Origin: Clostridia bacterium
GTDB lineage: Bacteria; Bacillota; Clostridia; UBA1212; UBA1255
Length of the DNA stretch: 64,000 bases
Reading direction: 5' to 3'
Assembly: GCA_017935905.1 (NCBI GenBank)
Contig: JAGBGO010000009.1
Span: 575 to 64,574 of the forward strand
Position numbers and translations under genes: made by a program. The notes under the pieces were generated by a model. The model was not told where the DNA came from. It saw only the letters and a list, made by a program, of their open reading frames with translations, and made no database searches. Position 1 is the first letter of the stretch. Every line of letters begins with the position of its first letter. Shown in pieces: positions 18,014 to 28,217 of this stretch.

Positions 18014-19744
18014 TTAGTCCAAGAATGCGTTTAATTTCTCCATCACCATTTCCCGAACTTTTGCTACGTTCTGTTGTGCTTGCATGCGGTCCTCTCCGCC
18101 GGCGCCAAAGTATACTTTTACTTTCGGCTCCGTTCCGGAAGGTCTTAAACAGAACCAGAAATCCGGGTAAGTGTAATATAATACGTCAGATTTCGGCAAC
18201 TGAATCGTGCCTTCCTCCGTAACGTTACCGGCGGCATCAAAATGCAGCACGGAAGACGTCTTATAATCTTTGTAAACAGAAGGACAGGTATCCAGTACTT
18301 TTCCACTGCAAGCCCTTAAATCCGCCATCAACTTAGCCATTTTGGCAAGTCCTGCCTCTCCGGACAAGGTCAGGGAGATTTGGGTTTCTGCCTGGGCGCC
18401 AAATTGTGCGTAAATTTCATTCAGTGCTTGGAACAAAGTCTTTCCCTGCTTCTTGTAAAATGCCGCAGTCTCTGCCAAAAGCATACAAGATGCCACCGCG
18501 TCTTTATCTCTTGCATAGCTGCCTGCCAAATAGCCGTAGCTTTCTTCAAAACCGAATATAAAGTTCTGGTTTCCCTGTTCTTCCCGAAGCATAATCTGCT
18601 CTCCGATAAACTTAAAGCCGGTAAGTACGTCTACGTATTCAACACCGTAGGCTTTGCAGATTTTCTCCGACAAGCGCGTAGACACAATGGTGGAAACCGC
18701 GAAGGGATTCTCCGGCATTTTACCGGAAGCCCGCTTAGAAAGAAGCAGAATGCCCAGTTGATTTCCGTTGAGCATCTCATACTCCCCTTGCTCGTTTAAA
18801 GCATACGCACCGGTTCTGTCGGAATCCGGGTCTGTTGCCAAGATCAAATCTGCACCATTCTGTTTGGCCAGATCCAAAGCAATATGGTACGCACCGGGAT
18901 CTTCCGGATTGGGAACTTTCACCGTGGGGAAATCGCCGTTGGGCGCCATTTGTTCTTCTACTAAGGTTACGTTGGTTAACCCCAAGCGAGAAAGAGCCTC
19001 CGGCACAAACTTTGCGCCTGCACCGTGAAGGGGTGTATAAACAATCTTTAAATCGCTTTCCACAGGTGCTTCCCCGGCAAGATTCATAATGGTCTGCAAG
19101 TAAGCTTCCCGAACGGAGCGCTTAACAATGCTGATTTTCTTAATGTTCAGCAAGAAGTTGTAATTAAACTTAGGTACACTGCGGTAATCTTCAATGGAAG
19201 CGACAATTTTGGAAACACCGGCACTGTCTTCCAAAGACAGTTGGGCGCCGTCTGCACCGTATACCTTGTAACCGTTGTATTCTTTAGGATTATGGCTGGC
19301 GGTAATCATAACACCGGCTTCCGTCTTTAAGTGACGCACACTGAAAGAGAGCAAAGGCACGGGGCAAATTTCCCCGTGAATATAGGTACGAATCCCGAAT
19401 CCCGCGTAAACGGCAGCCGCTTCTTTGGCATAAAGTTCCGAGTTATTCCGGCTGTCATATCCAATGACAATACCCCGCTTCATAGCGTCTTCGCCTTTGG
19501 AGACGATGTGCTTGGCAATGGCATAAGAAAGGCGTCTTACCACGTACGCGTTCATCCGGTTGGTACCGGCGCCCATAACGCCCCGAATCCCGGCAGTGCC
19601 GAAATCCAATTCTTTGTAAAAACGATCCCGAATATCTCCCGGTGTATCCTTTACCGCCAGTAATTCCTCCCAAGTGTCCGCAAAATAAACGTCACTTGTC
19701 CAAGTTTGATACAAACCCTCAACGTTTCTTTCCGTATTCTCCAT
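18014..19744 (-). CDS. pgm: Phosphoglucomutase/phosphomannomutase
   Basis: FGTAGIRG, TASHNP, DPDSDR, GFEESYG, RPSGTEPKVK; start at MENTER. Confidence 0.93.
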   Translation of the reverse strand: MENTERNVEGLYQTWTSDVYFADTWEELLAVKDTPGDIRDRFYKELDFGTAGIRGVMGAGTNRMNAYVVRRLSYAIAKHIVSKGEDAMKRGIVIGYDSRNNSELYAKEAAAVYAGFGIRTYIHGEICPVPLLSFSVRHLKTEAGVMITASHNPKEYNGYKVYGADGAQLSLEDSAGVSKIVASIEDYRSVPKFNYNFLLNIKKISIVKRSVREAYLQTIMNLAGEAPVESDLKIVYTPLHGAGAKFVPEALSRLGLTNVTLVEEQMAPNGDFPTVKVPNPEDPGAYHIALDLAKQNGADLILATDPDSDRTGAYALNEQGEYEMLNGNQLGILLLSKRASGKMPENPFAVSTIVSTRLSEKICKAYGVEYVDVLTGFKFIGEQIMLREEQGNQNFIFGFEESYGYLAGSYARDKDAVASCMLLAETAAFYKKQGKTLFQALNEIYAQFGAQAETQISLTLSGEAGLAKMAKLMADLRACSGKVLDTCPSVYKDYKTSSVLHFDAAGNVTEEGTIQLPKSDVLYYTYPDFWFCLRPSGTEPKVKVYFGAGGEDRMQAQQNVAKVREMVMEKLNAFLD

Positions 19745-19793
19745 GTAGAATAACGCCTCCTTTATGCTTATTCTATGCAAACAAAAGTCTTCT

Positions 19794-21482
19794 TTATGCT
19801 TTGTGATCTTGTTTCCGAATTTCGCCCCGCTTGATCTTACCGCTGGTGGTCTTGGGCAGTTCCTCCACAAATTCCAGAATTCTGGGATATTTGTAAGGCG
19901 CCGTAACTCGCTTTACGTGATTTTGGAGTTCTTTGCGCAGTTCGTCGGTAGGTTCATAGCCTTTGTTCTTCACCAGTACTACCGTAGCCTTTACCACCTG
20001 TCCGCGAACGGGATCCGGTGCTGCCGTAATGGCACATTCCAGGACTGCCGGGTGGGTCATCAAGGCGGACTCCACTTCAAAAGGTCCGATTCTATAGCCG
20101 GAACACTTAATAACGTCATCCACACGACCGATAAACCAAATGTGGCCATCTTCATCTTTCCACGCATTGTCCCCGGTATGGAAGTCGCCGCCTGCCCACA
20201 ATTTCTCATTGGCAGCGTCATCTAAGTAGTAACCCACCGTAAGACCTACGGGATGGGTCTTGGCAGCGCCGCGGATGACAATCTCCCCTTCTTCGCCGAT
20301 TTCGCATTCTTTTCCTTCGTCGTTGATGAGCTGAATGTCAAAAATGGGAGAGGGTTTTCCCGTGGAACCGGGTTTCGGCTCAATCCATTCAAAGTTTGCA
20401 AGGAGTACCGGCGTCTCCGTCTGACCAAATCCTTCGTAAAGTTTATGGCCAGTAAGTTGTTCCCACTGCTCAAATACAACCGGATTCAAAGGCTCCCCTG
20501 CCATGCAGCAATGATGAATGGAAGACAGATCGTATTTTGTCAAATCTTCTTTAATCATAAAACGGTACATAGTAGCCGGGGCACAGAACGTGGTAATCTT
20601 GTATTTTTCGATGACACGAAGCAACTTGTCCGAGTCAAACTTGTCCATATCGTAGCCTAAAATACCGCTGCCGGAAATCCACTGCCCGTAAATCTTGCCC
20701 CAAGAGAATTTCGCCCAACCGGAATCGGACACCGTCAAATGAAGACCGTTGTCTTCCACTTGCTGCCAGTACTTCGCCGTCAAGATATGGCCAAGCGGAT
20801 AAGATTGGATATGCTGCACCATCTTGGGCATACCGGTGGTGCCGGAGGTAAAATACAAAATCATCGGATCCTTCGCCATCACGGAATCCGCTCCCGTAGG
20901 ACGGGTAAATGCATCACTGTGGGCAAGGAAAGCGCTTCTGTAATCAATCCAACCCTCTCTGCCTGCGCCCGGTTCGTGCACCATGGCTTTGTACTTGAGG
21001 GTAGGACACTGATCCAAAGAATTCTCCACGTGGCTGATAATATTGTCATCGGGGGCAATAATAATCATTTTAACCCCGGCTGCGTTGATCCGGTAAATCA
21101 AGTCTTTCTCCGTAAGCTGGAAAGAAGCGGGAATCATTACAATCCCCATTTTGTGAAGGGCCGTTGCGGTCATCCAGTACTCATAGCGACGCTTCATAAT
21201 CAGCATCACTTTGTCGCCTTTGCGAAGACCTAAAGACTTCAAATAATTGCAGATGCGGTTACTGTATGCCTTTACGTCATTAAAGGTAAAGATACGTTCT
21301 TCGCCGTGATCGTTACACCATACCAAGGCTTTCTTTCCCGGTTCGTGTTCCGCCCAACCGTCTACAATATCAAAACCGAAGTTAAAGTCATCGGGAACAT
21401 TGATGGTAAAATTCTTCTTGAAATCTTCATAGGAATCAAAATCTACGCGAGGCAGATATTTATTCAGCATATAATTCTTCAT
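19794..21482 (-). CDS. AMP-forming short/medium-chain acyl-CoA synthetase
   Basis: YFTSGTTGMPK, YEGFGQTE, TGD, GRVDDVIKCSGYRIGPFEVE, PKTTSGKIKR. Confidence 0.9.
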   Translation of the reverse strand: MKNYMLNKYLPRVDFDSYEDFKKNFTINVPDDFNFGFDIVDGWAEHEPGKKALVWCNDHGEERIFTFNDVKAYSNRICNYLKSLGLRKGDKVMLIMKRRYEYWMTATALHKMGIVMIPASFQLTEKDLIYRINAAGVKMIIIAPDDNIISHVENSLDQCPTLKYKAMVHEPGAGREGWIDYRSAFLAHSDAFTRPTGADSVMAKDPMILYFTSGTTGMPKMVQHIQSYPLGHILTAKYWQQVEDNGLHLTVSDSGWAKFSWGKIYGQWISGSGILGYDMDKFDSDKLLRVIEKYKITTFCAPATMYRFMIKEDLTKYDLSSIHHCCMAGEPLNPVVFEQWEQLTGHKLYEGFGQTETPVLLANFEWIEPKPGSTGKPSPIFDIQLINDEGKECEIGEEGEIVIRGAAKTHPVGLTVGYYLDDAANEKLWAGGDFHTGDNAWKDEDGHIWFIGRVDDVIKCSGYRIGPFEVESALMTHPAVLECAITAAPDPVRGQVVKATVVLVKNKGYEPTDELRKELQNHVKRVTAPYKYPRILEFVEELPKTTSGKIKRGEIRKQDHKA

Positions 21483-21500
21483 TGATCCAGGGTCCTCCGA

Positions 21501-22067
21501 TTACTGTAAAATTACGGTTAAAAACTTCGCCTGCTTGCCGCCTACGGCACATTGTGCGTGGGGCACGGTAGAATCAAAATAGAAACAGTCCCCTTCATTC
21601 AGCAGAAATTCTCTGGCACCAAATAAAATGCGCACTTGTCCTTCCAGCACAAAGTTAAATTCCTGTCCGGGGTGTTGCACCAATTCAGGGGGCGCAAATT
21701 CTGTTTCCGGACCTACGGTAACGACCATAGGCTCAATCTTACGGCCTACGAACTTGTACGCAATACTTTCAAAGTCATATCCCTTGAAACGGTCCACCAT
21801 AATCCCCTCGCCCTTTCTGACGATCGAGCAGTTGGTAAGACGAGGCGCCGTACCCGTAAGTAATTCCGTAAGGTCGACTTTCATAATCTGCGCAATGGCG
21901 TAGAGCACGCTTACGGGAAAATCCTCCTTGGCTTCTTCATAATCCGTATAGGCATCCAAAGAAATCTGCAAAGACTCCGCCATTTCTTCTCGGGTGATAT
22001 CACAAATCTCTCTTAATTCCCGAATGCGGGCTGCAATGCTTTTATTGACTTCATAACCGTTTTCCAT
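21501..22067 (-). CDS. XRE-family HTH regulator with C-terminal cupin domain
   Basis: IAARIRELREI...YTDYEE HTH; HPGQEFNFVLEG and FDSTVPH cupin motifs; start at MENGYE. Confidence 0.9.
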   Translation of the reverse strand: MENGYEVNKSIAARIRELREICDITREEMAESLQISLDAYTDYEEAKEDFPVSVLYAIAQIMKVDLTELLTGTAPRLTNCSIVRKGEGIMVDRFKGYDFESIAYKFVGRKIEPMVVTVGPETEFAPPELVQHPGQEFNFVLEGQVRILFGAREFLLNEGDCFYFDSTVPHAQCAVGGKQAKFLTVILQ

Positions 22068-22080
22068 ACGCTGTCGCTCC

Positions 22081-23334
22081 TTACTGTAAAATATCGCAAA
22101 AATCAAAGGTGGCAAAATAATCTTTCGGCGTTTCAGCCCTGCGGATCATCTGCACGCTGCCGTCTTCTTTCAAAAGCAGTTCTGCACTCTTTAATTTGCC
22201 GTTGTAGTTGTATCCCATGGCGTAGCCGTGGGCACCGGTATCGTGAATCGCCAAGATATCGCCGATTTCAATTTCCGGCAGATTTCGGTCAATGGCAAAT
22301 TTATCATTATTCTCGCAAAGACCGCCGGTAACGTCATACGTGTGATTGCAAGGGGCTTCTTCCTTCCCCAGCACCGTAATATGGTGATAAGCTCCATACA
22401 TAGCAGGACGCATTAAATCCACGGCGCAGGCATCTACACCGATATAATCTTTGCAGGTCTTCTTCTCATGAATCACTTTGGTCACCAAAATGCCGTGAGA
22501 ACCGGTCATATACCGTCCCAACTCCGTCTTAATGCCCAATTTCTTCACAGGAGAAGGCACGATAATGCGGTCGTACGCTTCCTTTACCTTGGCACCAATA
22601 TATTCCAAATCCTGAGGCTTGTCCTCCGGCTTGTAAGGAATGCCGATACCGCCGGAAAGATTCACAAATTCAAACGTTGCCCCGGTTTCTTGGTGGAGGG
22701 TTACAATCAATTCAAACAAAATCGCCGCTAAAGAGGGATAATAATCCGGATTCAACATATTGCTGGCAAGGAATGCGTGAATACCAAAACGCTTCGCCCC
22801 CATCTTAGAAAGCTTCTTCACCGCTTCCCGAATTTGGGCTCCGGTCATACCGTATTTCGCATCTCCGGGATTGCCCATAATGCTTCCGTTAATACGAAAA
22901 TCTCCACCGGGATTGTAACGCAGGCAAATCAGCTCCGGAATGCCGCCGTTTTGGGCAAGAAAATCAATATGGGAGAAATCATCCAGGTTAATAATACTCT
23001 CTAATTTACGGGCATATTGGAAATCTTGGGCAGGGGTTACGTTAGACGAGAACATAATGTCTTCTCCATGAAAGCCCAGCTTCTCCGCAATCATCAATTC
23101 AGTGTAGGAAGAACAGTCTACGCCGCAGCCTTCTGCCTGCATAATCTTGAGCAAAAACGGGTTGGGGCACGCTTTCACCGCAAAGTATTCCTGAAAATCC
23201 TCATTCCAAGAAAACGCTGCTTTCAAACGGCGCACGCCCTCCCGAATGCCTTTCTCATCGTACAAATGAAAAGGCGTAGGATACGTCTTACAAATTTCCT
23301 TTATCTTCTCCCCATCGGTAAATAAACGTTTCAT
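22081..23334 (-). CDS. lysA: Diaminopimelate decarboxylase
   Basis: FAVKACPN (PLP Lys), GDAKYG, NLSGGIG, ELGRY, GGLCENND, HDTGAHG. Confidence 0.93.
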   Translation of the reverse strand: MKRLFTDGEKIKEICKTYPTPFHLYDEKGIREGVRRLKAAFSWNEDFQEYFAVKACPNPFLLKIMQAEGCGVDCSSYTELMIAEKLGFHGEDIMFSSNVTPAQDFQYARKLESIINLDDFSHIDFLAQNGGIPELICLRYNPGGDFRINGSIMGNPGDAKYGMTGAQIREAVKKLSKMGAKRFGIHAFLASNMLNPDYYPSLAAILFELIVTLHQETGATFEFVNLSGGIGIPYKPEDKPQDLEYIGAKVKEAYDRIIVPSPVKKLGIKTELGRYMTGSHGILVTKVIHEKKTCKDYIGVDACAVDLMRPAMYGAYHHITVLGKEEAPCNHTYDVTGGLCENNDKFAIDRNLPEIEIGDILAIHDTGAHGYAMGYNYNGKLKSAELLLKEDGSVQMIRRAETPKDYFATFDFCDILQ

Positions 23335-23933
23335 GCTTCCGAGTCCTCCATAATTACCTCGTCTATGGCCGCCCAGAGACGGTCAATTCCGGTCTTCTTC
23401 TCCGAAGATACCGGATATATCATTGTATCACTGTTTGCTATATTTAGGCAAGCCCTGATCTCTTTCAAACGGCCGGCAACCTGCATCTTGGACAGCTTGT
23501 CCGCCTTGGTTGCCACGACGGCATATTGCAGCCCGGACGCCTGAATCCAGCGGTACATATTCTTGTCGTCTTCCGTAGGATTGTGGCGAATATCCAACAA
23601 CAAAATGACCATATATAACTGTGGACGAACGTTCAGATACTTATCAATAACCCCTGCCCACAAAGATTTTTGATCCTTCGACACGCTGGCATACCCGTAA
23701 CCGGGCAGATCCACAAAGTGAATTTCATCGTCCAAATTGTAGAAGTTAATCTGCCGCGTCATACCTTGCGTGCTTCCGCTGTAGGCAAGACGTTTTCGTC
23801 CCACCAGGGCATTAATCAAAGAAGATTTACCTACGTTGGACCGACCTGCAAAGGCAATTTCCAACAGTTCCGAGTCCGGATACTGAGCAGGGCAAACGGC
23901 AGAAATAACAAATTTAGGATTCTTAACAACCAT
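23331..23933 (-). CDS. engB: Ribosome-biogenesis GTPase YsxC/EngB/YihA
   Basis: GRSNVGKSS, DLPGYG, LLDIRH, TKADK. Confidence 0.95.
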   Translation of the reverse strand: MVVKNPKFVISAVCPAQYPDSELLEIAFAGRSNVGKSSLINALVGRKRLAYSGSTQGMTRQINFYNLDDEIHFVDLPGYGYASVSKDQKSLWAGVIDKYLNVRPQLYMVILLLDIRHNPTEDDKNMYRWIQASGLQYAVVATKADKLSKMQVAGRLKEIRACLNIANSDTMIYPVSSEKKTGIDRLWAAIDEVIMEDSEA

Positions 23934-23934
23934 T

Positions 23935-24570
23935 TTACCCCTCCTCCAAAATCTTCTTTAAGAACGAACGCCGATGAATGGGCGTTAATCCATAGGTACG
24001 AATGGCATCATAATGGGACTTGGTGCCATAGCCTTTGTGCTGATCGAAACCGTATTCCGGATACACCTTAGCATATTCCAACATCATTCTGTCTCGGGTG
24101 ACTTTTGCGAGAATGGACGCCGATGCAATGGTTACTGACAAAGCATCCCCATGGGTAATGGGCATTTGGGGATACGGAAAGTCCGGAAGCCGCACGTGGT
24201 CGATCAATACCATTTCCGGTTTGAGGGAAATTTTGCTGCAGGCTTCCTCCACCGCCCGCTTCATGGCGATATGGGTGGCCTGTAAAATGTTGACTTCATC
24301 AATCAACCGGCTGTCCGCAAGACCTACACCCCACGAAAGCGCTTTGCTGATGATAGCTTCATACAGCGCTTCTCTTTTCTTCTCAGAAATCTTCTTGGAG
24401 TCATCGGCTTCCGGAAAAGGTCCGTCACTTTTAAAAATAACGCATCCGGCTGCCACGGGTCCTGCCAAAGGGCCTCTTCCCGCTTCATCTACACCTGCGA
24501 TGATACAAATACCTTGTTCTTTCAATTGGCGCTCATACTGTTGTAATTCATAGAATCGTTCCGGTTTCAT
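23935..24570 (-). CDS. rnhB: Ribonuclease HII
   Basis: GVDEAGRGPLAGPV, DDSKK, ASASILAKVTRD, HKGYGT, HRRSF. Confidence 0.96.
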   Translation of the reverse strand: MKPERFYELQQYERQLKEQGICIIAGVDEAGRGPLAGPVAAGCVIFKSDGPFPEADDSKKISEKKREALYEAIISKALSWGVGLADSRLIDEVNILQATHIAMKRAVEEACSKISLKPEMVLIDHVRLPDFPYPQMPITHGDALSVTIASASILAKVTRDRMMLEYAKVYPEYGFDQHKGYGTKSHYDAIRTYGLTPIHRRSFLKKILEEG

Positions 24571-25556
24571 GGGGTACCTCCCATTTCTAACACAGAAGGG
24601 TCATCCAAGGAAATGCGGCCGATCTTACCGCCGCGAAAATCGTCTAAGATCATAGAACAAATACGGTCTTCGTCGATTATGCCGCCTTTTTGCAGGCACC
24701 CGCGTTTCTTGGCGCAAGCATAGAGCAATCGAATCCCCAACGTTCTTCTGCGGAAGGCACCTTCCGACTCATATTCTTGGCGCACGTAAGTTTCGTCCGT
24801 TTCTTGCAGCAAAGCCGGTTCGTCAATTTTGTATTTTTCCTGAAGCAGGCCCGGATAACGGTCCACCAAATACAGCAGTAAAAAGGCTGTAATATCCGTT
24901 CGATCCAACACGTCGTCTTTAATGGCGCCGGTAGCAGCCAAACAAAAAGCCGCACGTTGATCCTCAAATTTCGGCCACAGTAAGCCGGGAGTATCCAAAA
25001 GAGAAATTTGATCATTCATACGAATCCACTGTTTTCCCCGTGTTACACCGGGTTTGTCCCCTGTAACAGCCACGTTCTTCCCTGCTACTTTATTGATAAA
25101 AGAGGACTTGCCTACGTTAGGAATACCCACAACCATGGTCTTCACCGTGTACGTCCGCATACCTTTATCCAGCTTTCGCTGAATCTTCTCTGCCATGACA
25201 TTTAAAATTGCCTGCTGTACTTCCCGCACGCCGGCACCTTTCTGGCAATCGGTGTAAACCAGCGGAATGCCTTGATCGGCAAAATATTGCTTCCAGAATT
25301 TGCACTGCTTCTCATCGGCTAAATCACGCTTGTTGGCAACAACCACACGAGGCTTTTGGCTCAGCAATCGGTCGATTTCCGGATTGCGACTGGAAAAAGG
25401 AATCCGCGCATCAATCAACTCCACAACACAGTCCACCAAACCTAAATTTTCCGAAAGCAGGCGGCGTGCTTTGGCCATGTGGCCCGGAAACCATTGAATA
25501 TTACTTTCACGAACACATACGTCTTGCTCCGTCTGCGCACCTTGATCCCTATTCAC
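24567..25556 (-). CDS. rbgA: Ribosome-biogenesis GTPase RbgA/YlqF
   Basis: IQWFPGHM, DARIP, NKRD, GIPNVGKSS, PGVTRG, LLDTPG; GTG start after AGGAGG. Confidence 0.96.
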   Translation of the reverse strand: MNRDQGAQTEQDVCVRESNIQWFPGHMAKARRLLSENLGLVDCVVELIDARIPFSSRNPEIDRLLSQKPRVVVANKRDLADEKQCKFWKQYFADQGIPLVYTDCQKGAGVREVQQAILNVMAEKIQRKLDKGMRTYTVKTMVVGIPNVGKSSFINKVAGKNVAVTGDKPGVTRGKQWIRMNDQISLLDTPGLLWPKFEDQRAAFCLAATGAIKDDVLDRTDITAFLLLYLVDRYPGLLQEKYKIDEPALLQETDETYVRQEYESEGAFRRRTLGIRLLYACAKKRGCLQKGGIIDEDRICSMILDDFRGGKIGRISLDDPSVLEMGGTP

Positions 25557-26661
25557 GGTTTGCCACCTCCTGCTCAAAAATATCAATGGGTCTGTAATCC
25601 AAAATCTGATTACCTTCGTACAAAAACGTTTTCAACGCAGGCATCGTCAAAATCTCCGGCACGTAATGAAGCCGGTTTAGTTGAACGTTCAGCGTTTCAA
25701 GCGTCTTGTGATTCTCAAAAGCCTTTAAATCCAGCAAATTGTTGTGTTCTGCAATCAACGTGGTCAGCGCCGTACAACCGGCCAGGGGATCTAAAGTCAT
25801 TAAATAATTCTGTGTAACGTCTACGTACTCTAATTGGGTCAGCGTTTCAACGCCCTCTAAAGTAGTAATCACGTTGTTGGCAGCGATCAACGTATGTAAA
25901 TTAGGCATATTCGCCACACAGGAAACATCTGCAATGCCCTGCTCGTTCATGGTTTCGCTGTTAATGTGATAATTAGACGCCACGTTCAAAGACTCCAATC
26001 CAATGCACGTAGAAAGCGGAGAAATATCCTTTAAACGGTTATTCTGCACGTCCAAAACCTTCAAACAGGCAAGGCCTGTAAGCGGGGATAAATCCGTAAT
26101 CATATTGCCGGAGGCATTTAGTTCTTCTAACAGCACCAGGCTTTTAAGCGGCGTTAAATCCAAGCCCTTTTCCCGATCCCCACTCAAAAGCGTAAAATTT
26201 TTCGAAATATCCAATTTCTTTAATTTAGTCAGGCTGCCCAAAGGTGTCAAATCCGTAATACGATTCCCCTTCAGATCTAATTCTTCTAAATTGGTAAAAT
26301 ATATAATTTCACGAATGTCCGCAATTCCGCACACCCGGGCACTAAAGCTCTTTAGTTGCTGGACGTCTGCAACTAAAATGCTCTCAAAGTCCTTCTTTCC
26401 CAGTGCCTCCGTAACCGCGTTTCTGAAATTGATATCCTTAAAAAGAATTTCTTTGTTCTCCGAAACCGTAGGCGTAGGTGTGGAAGCGCCCACTGAATGA
26501 TCCGGCATAGCCGTGTTCACCGGAAACGTTTCATAGGGCACCACCGCCGGATTTTGAACGCTGCATGCAGTTGCAAACATGCTGAGCAACATGCACGCAG
26601 TAACGAGCAAAACGCGACATCTTACTTTTACACCTTTAGAAAGCCTTCTTGTCTTTCCCAT
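25549..26661 (-). CDS. Leucine-rich-repeat (internalin-like) lipoprotein
   Basis: Lipobox-like FATA-C; about ten ~22-aa LxxLxLxxNxIxDLxPL repeats; FKDINFRNAV cap. Confidence 0.85.
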   Translation of the reverse strand: MGKTRRLSKGVKVRCRVLLVTACMLLSMFATACSVQNPAVVPYETFPVNTAMPDHSVGASTPTPTVSENKEILFKDINFRNAVTEALGKKDFESILVADVQQLKSFSARVCGIADIREIIYFTNLEELDLKGNRITDLTPLGSLTKLKKLDISKNFTLLSGDREKGLDLTPLKSLVLLEELNASGNMITDLSPLTGLACLKVLDVQNNRLKDISPLSTCIGLESLNVASNYHINSETMNEQGIADVSCVANMPNLHTLIAANNVITTLEGVETLTQLEYVDVTQNYLMTLDPLAGCTALTTLIAEHNNLLDLKAFENHKTLETLNVQLNRLHYVPEILTMPALKTFLYEGNQILDYRPIDIFEQEVANRE

Positions 26662-26670
26662 AACGACTCC

Positions 26671-28212
26671 TTACAATACAACGGGAACTGCAGAAATTCT
26701 GCCAAAAGATCCAATTTCAGTGGTATTCACCTTATTCCACGCATATAACTGCTCACCGGAAGTATATAGCACCACACTCATTTTTTCATCAAAGAACACC
26801 TGCTGTCCTACGTCTCCGGAAATACGCGTCATCTCTGTTCCCTGAACGTAATCCAAAGAAATACGGTTATTGCCGTACGTACGTAGCAAGAAATACCGAT
26901 CATCCCGAAGTCCGTACAACTGGACTTCTTGCTTCCAATCGTATTGACGAATGGAATTATCGCTGTGTACCAAATACATTTGTTCTCCGTCTTTCGACTC
27001 AAATCCCACAAAAGGTTTGTTTGGATATTGGTAAATAAGACCGGTATTGGACGATACTTTCACCGACTTACGATTCACGTCGTAAATATTGTAACGGTGC
27101 AGCGTACCGTCAAACAACTGATAGTACAAATAATCCGATTGACTGTCAAAAAAGAATTTCGTATCCGGTCGGCAGGAGAGCTGCGCGTCTGCACGCCCAC
27201 CTTCCACGCTTTGGTATACTTTAACAGAACCATCATTTTGGGTCACAGTAAACAAAATCATATCCCGTTCTTCAGAATAGTACAAAATTTGCTTAATGTC
27301 TTTTGCAATCTCTCGTATCTTGCTTCCGTTAAAGTATACAAGTTTGCTTTGATTGTCCTGTCCGCCTATTACAATATAGCGGTCTGTCGTATGTTTACTA
27401 TACGTAACGTACTGTGTAGAACCGCTGACCAGGGACGCTTGAACCGTATTGGTAACAGCGGTTCCGCCATCGATTCGCGTCAGGATTTTCCCCTGCTCAC
27501 TCATAATACAAAACTCGTTTCCCTGGTAAAAACAAATTCGATTTCCGGATTGGTTAAAGGAGAAAAGTTTGTCTCCATTGATCCGCACATCGTAGCGTTT
27601 CACACTTCCGTCTGCATTCGCCAAACACAACCGTGCACTTCCGTCTTCTTTCTTGTAATCTTCCAAGAACAGAAGTCTGCTTCCGTTGCAAACGTAATAC
27701 TGCTCCGGCAGAATGTCTTGTTTTTCCGAAAGTACACCGGAGGCCGTTCCGTTGTAATACTTTAAGTTCCCATTCCGATCTGCATAATAGATCACTTTTC
27801 GCTGATCTGTCAAAATAAAGTCGCGAACTTCTTGCAAGATTTCCATACGGGTATTGGCCTTAACATCATAGCGGTACAAGATACCGTTTCTGGTATAATA
27901 CACGTGATTCTGTGCAGCATCACATACACTCTGTGATACAGAATCGTCAATTTCACGTACGTCTAAATCACTGTCAGGAATTACGTAAAGCATACCCTCT
28001 TCATTTTGGAAAACAAAGGGGAACATTTCATGCCGTCCTACGCCGCCATTTTTACGACCGCCAATGCGCACAAATCGTCCGGGCAGTAACGCCAAAATTG
28101 CAACTACAATCGCCGCCACAAGCACAACAGAAACGAAGAAAATAACGTTTCCCCGTCGGTCTCTGGCAACGTAGCCTTTGCGTCTTTCTATGGGTGTGTT
28201 CATCTTCTCCAT
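26671..28212 (-). CDS. Membrane-anchored extracellular protein, probably beta-propeller, function unknown
   Basis: Single N-terminal TM then short beta-strand-rich repeats; start at MEKMNTP after GGGGAG. Confidence 0.6.
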   Translation of the reverse strand: MEKMNTPIERRKGYVARDRRGNVIFFVSVVLVAAIVVAILALLPGRFVRIGGRKNGGVGRHEMFPFVFQNEEGMLYVIPDSDLDVREIDDSVSQSVCDAAQNHVYYTRNGILYRYDVKANTRMEILQEVRDFILTDQRKVIYYADRNGNLKYYNGTASGVLSEKQDILPEQYYVCNGSRLLFLEDYKKEDGSARLCLANADGSVKRYDVRINGDKLFSFNQSGNRICFYQGNEFCIMSEQGKILTRIDGGTAVTNTVQASLVSGSTQYVTYSKHTTDRYIVIGGQDNQSKLVYFNGSKIREIAKDIKQILYYSEERDMILFTVTQNDGSVKVYQSVEGGRADAQLSCRPDTKFFFDSQSDYLYYQLFDGTLHRYNIYDVNRKSVKVSSNTGLIYQYPNKPFVGFESKDGEQMYLVHSDNSIRQYDWKQEVQLYGLRDDRYFLLRTYGNNRISLDYVQGTEMTRISGDVGQQVFFDEKMSVVLYTSGEQLYAWNKVNTTEIGSFGRISAVPVVL

Positions 28213-28217
28213 ACCAT

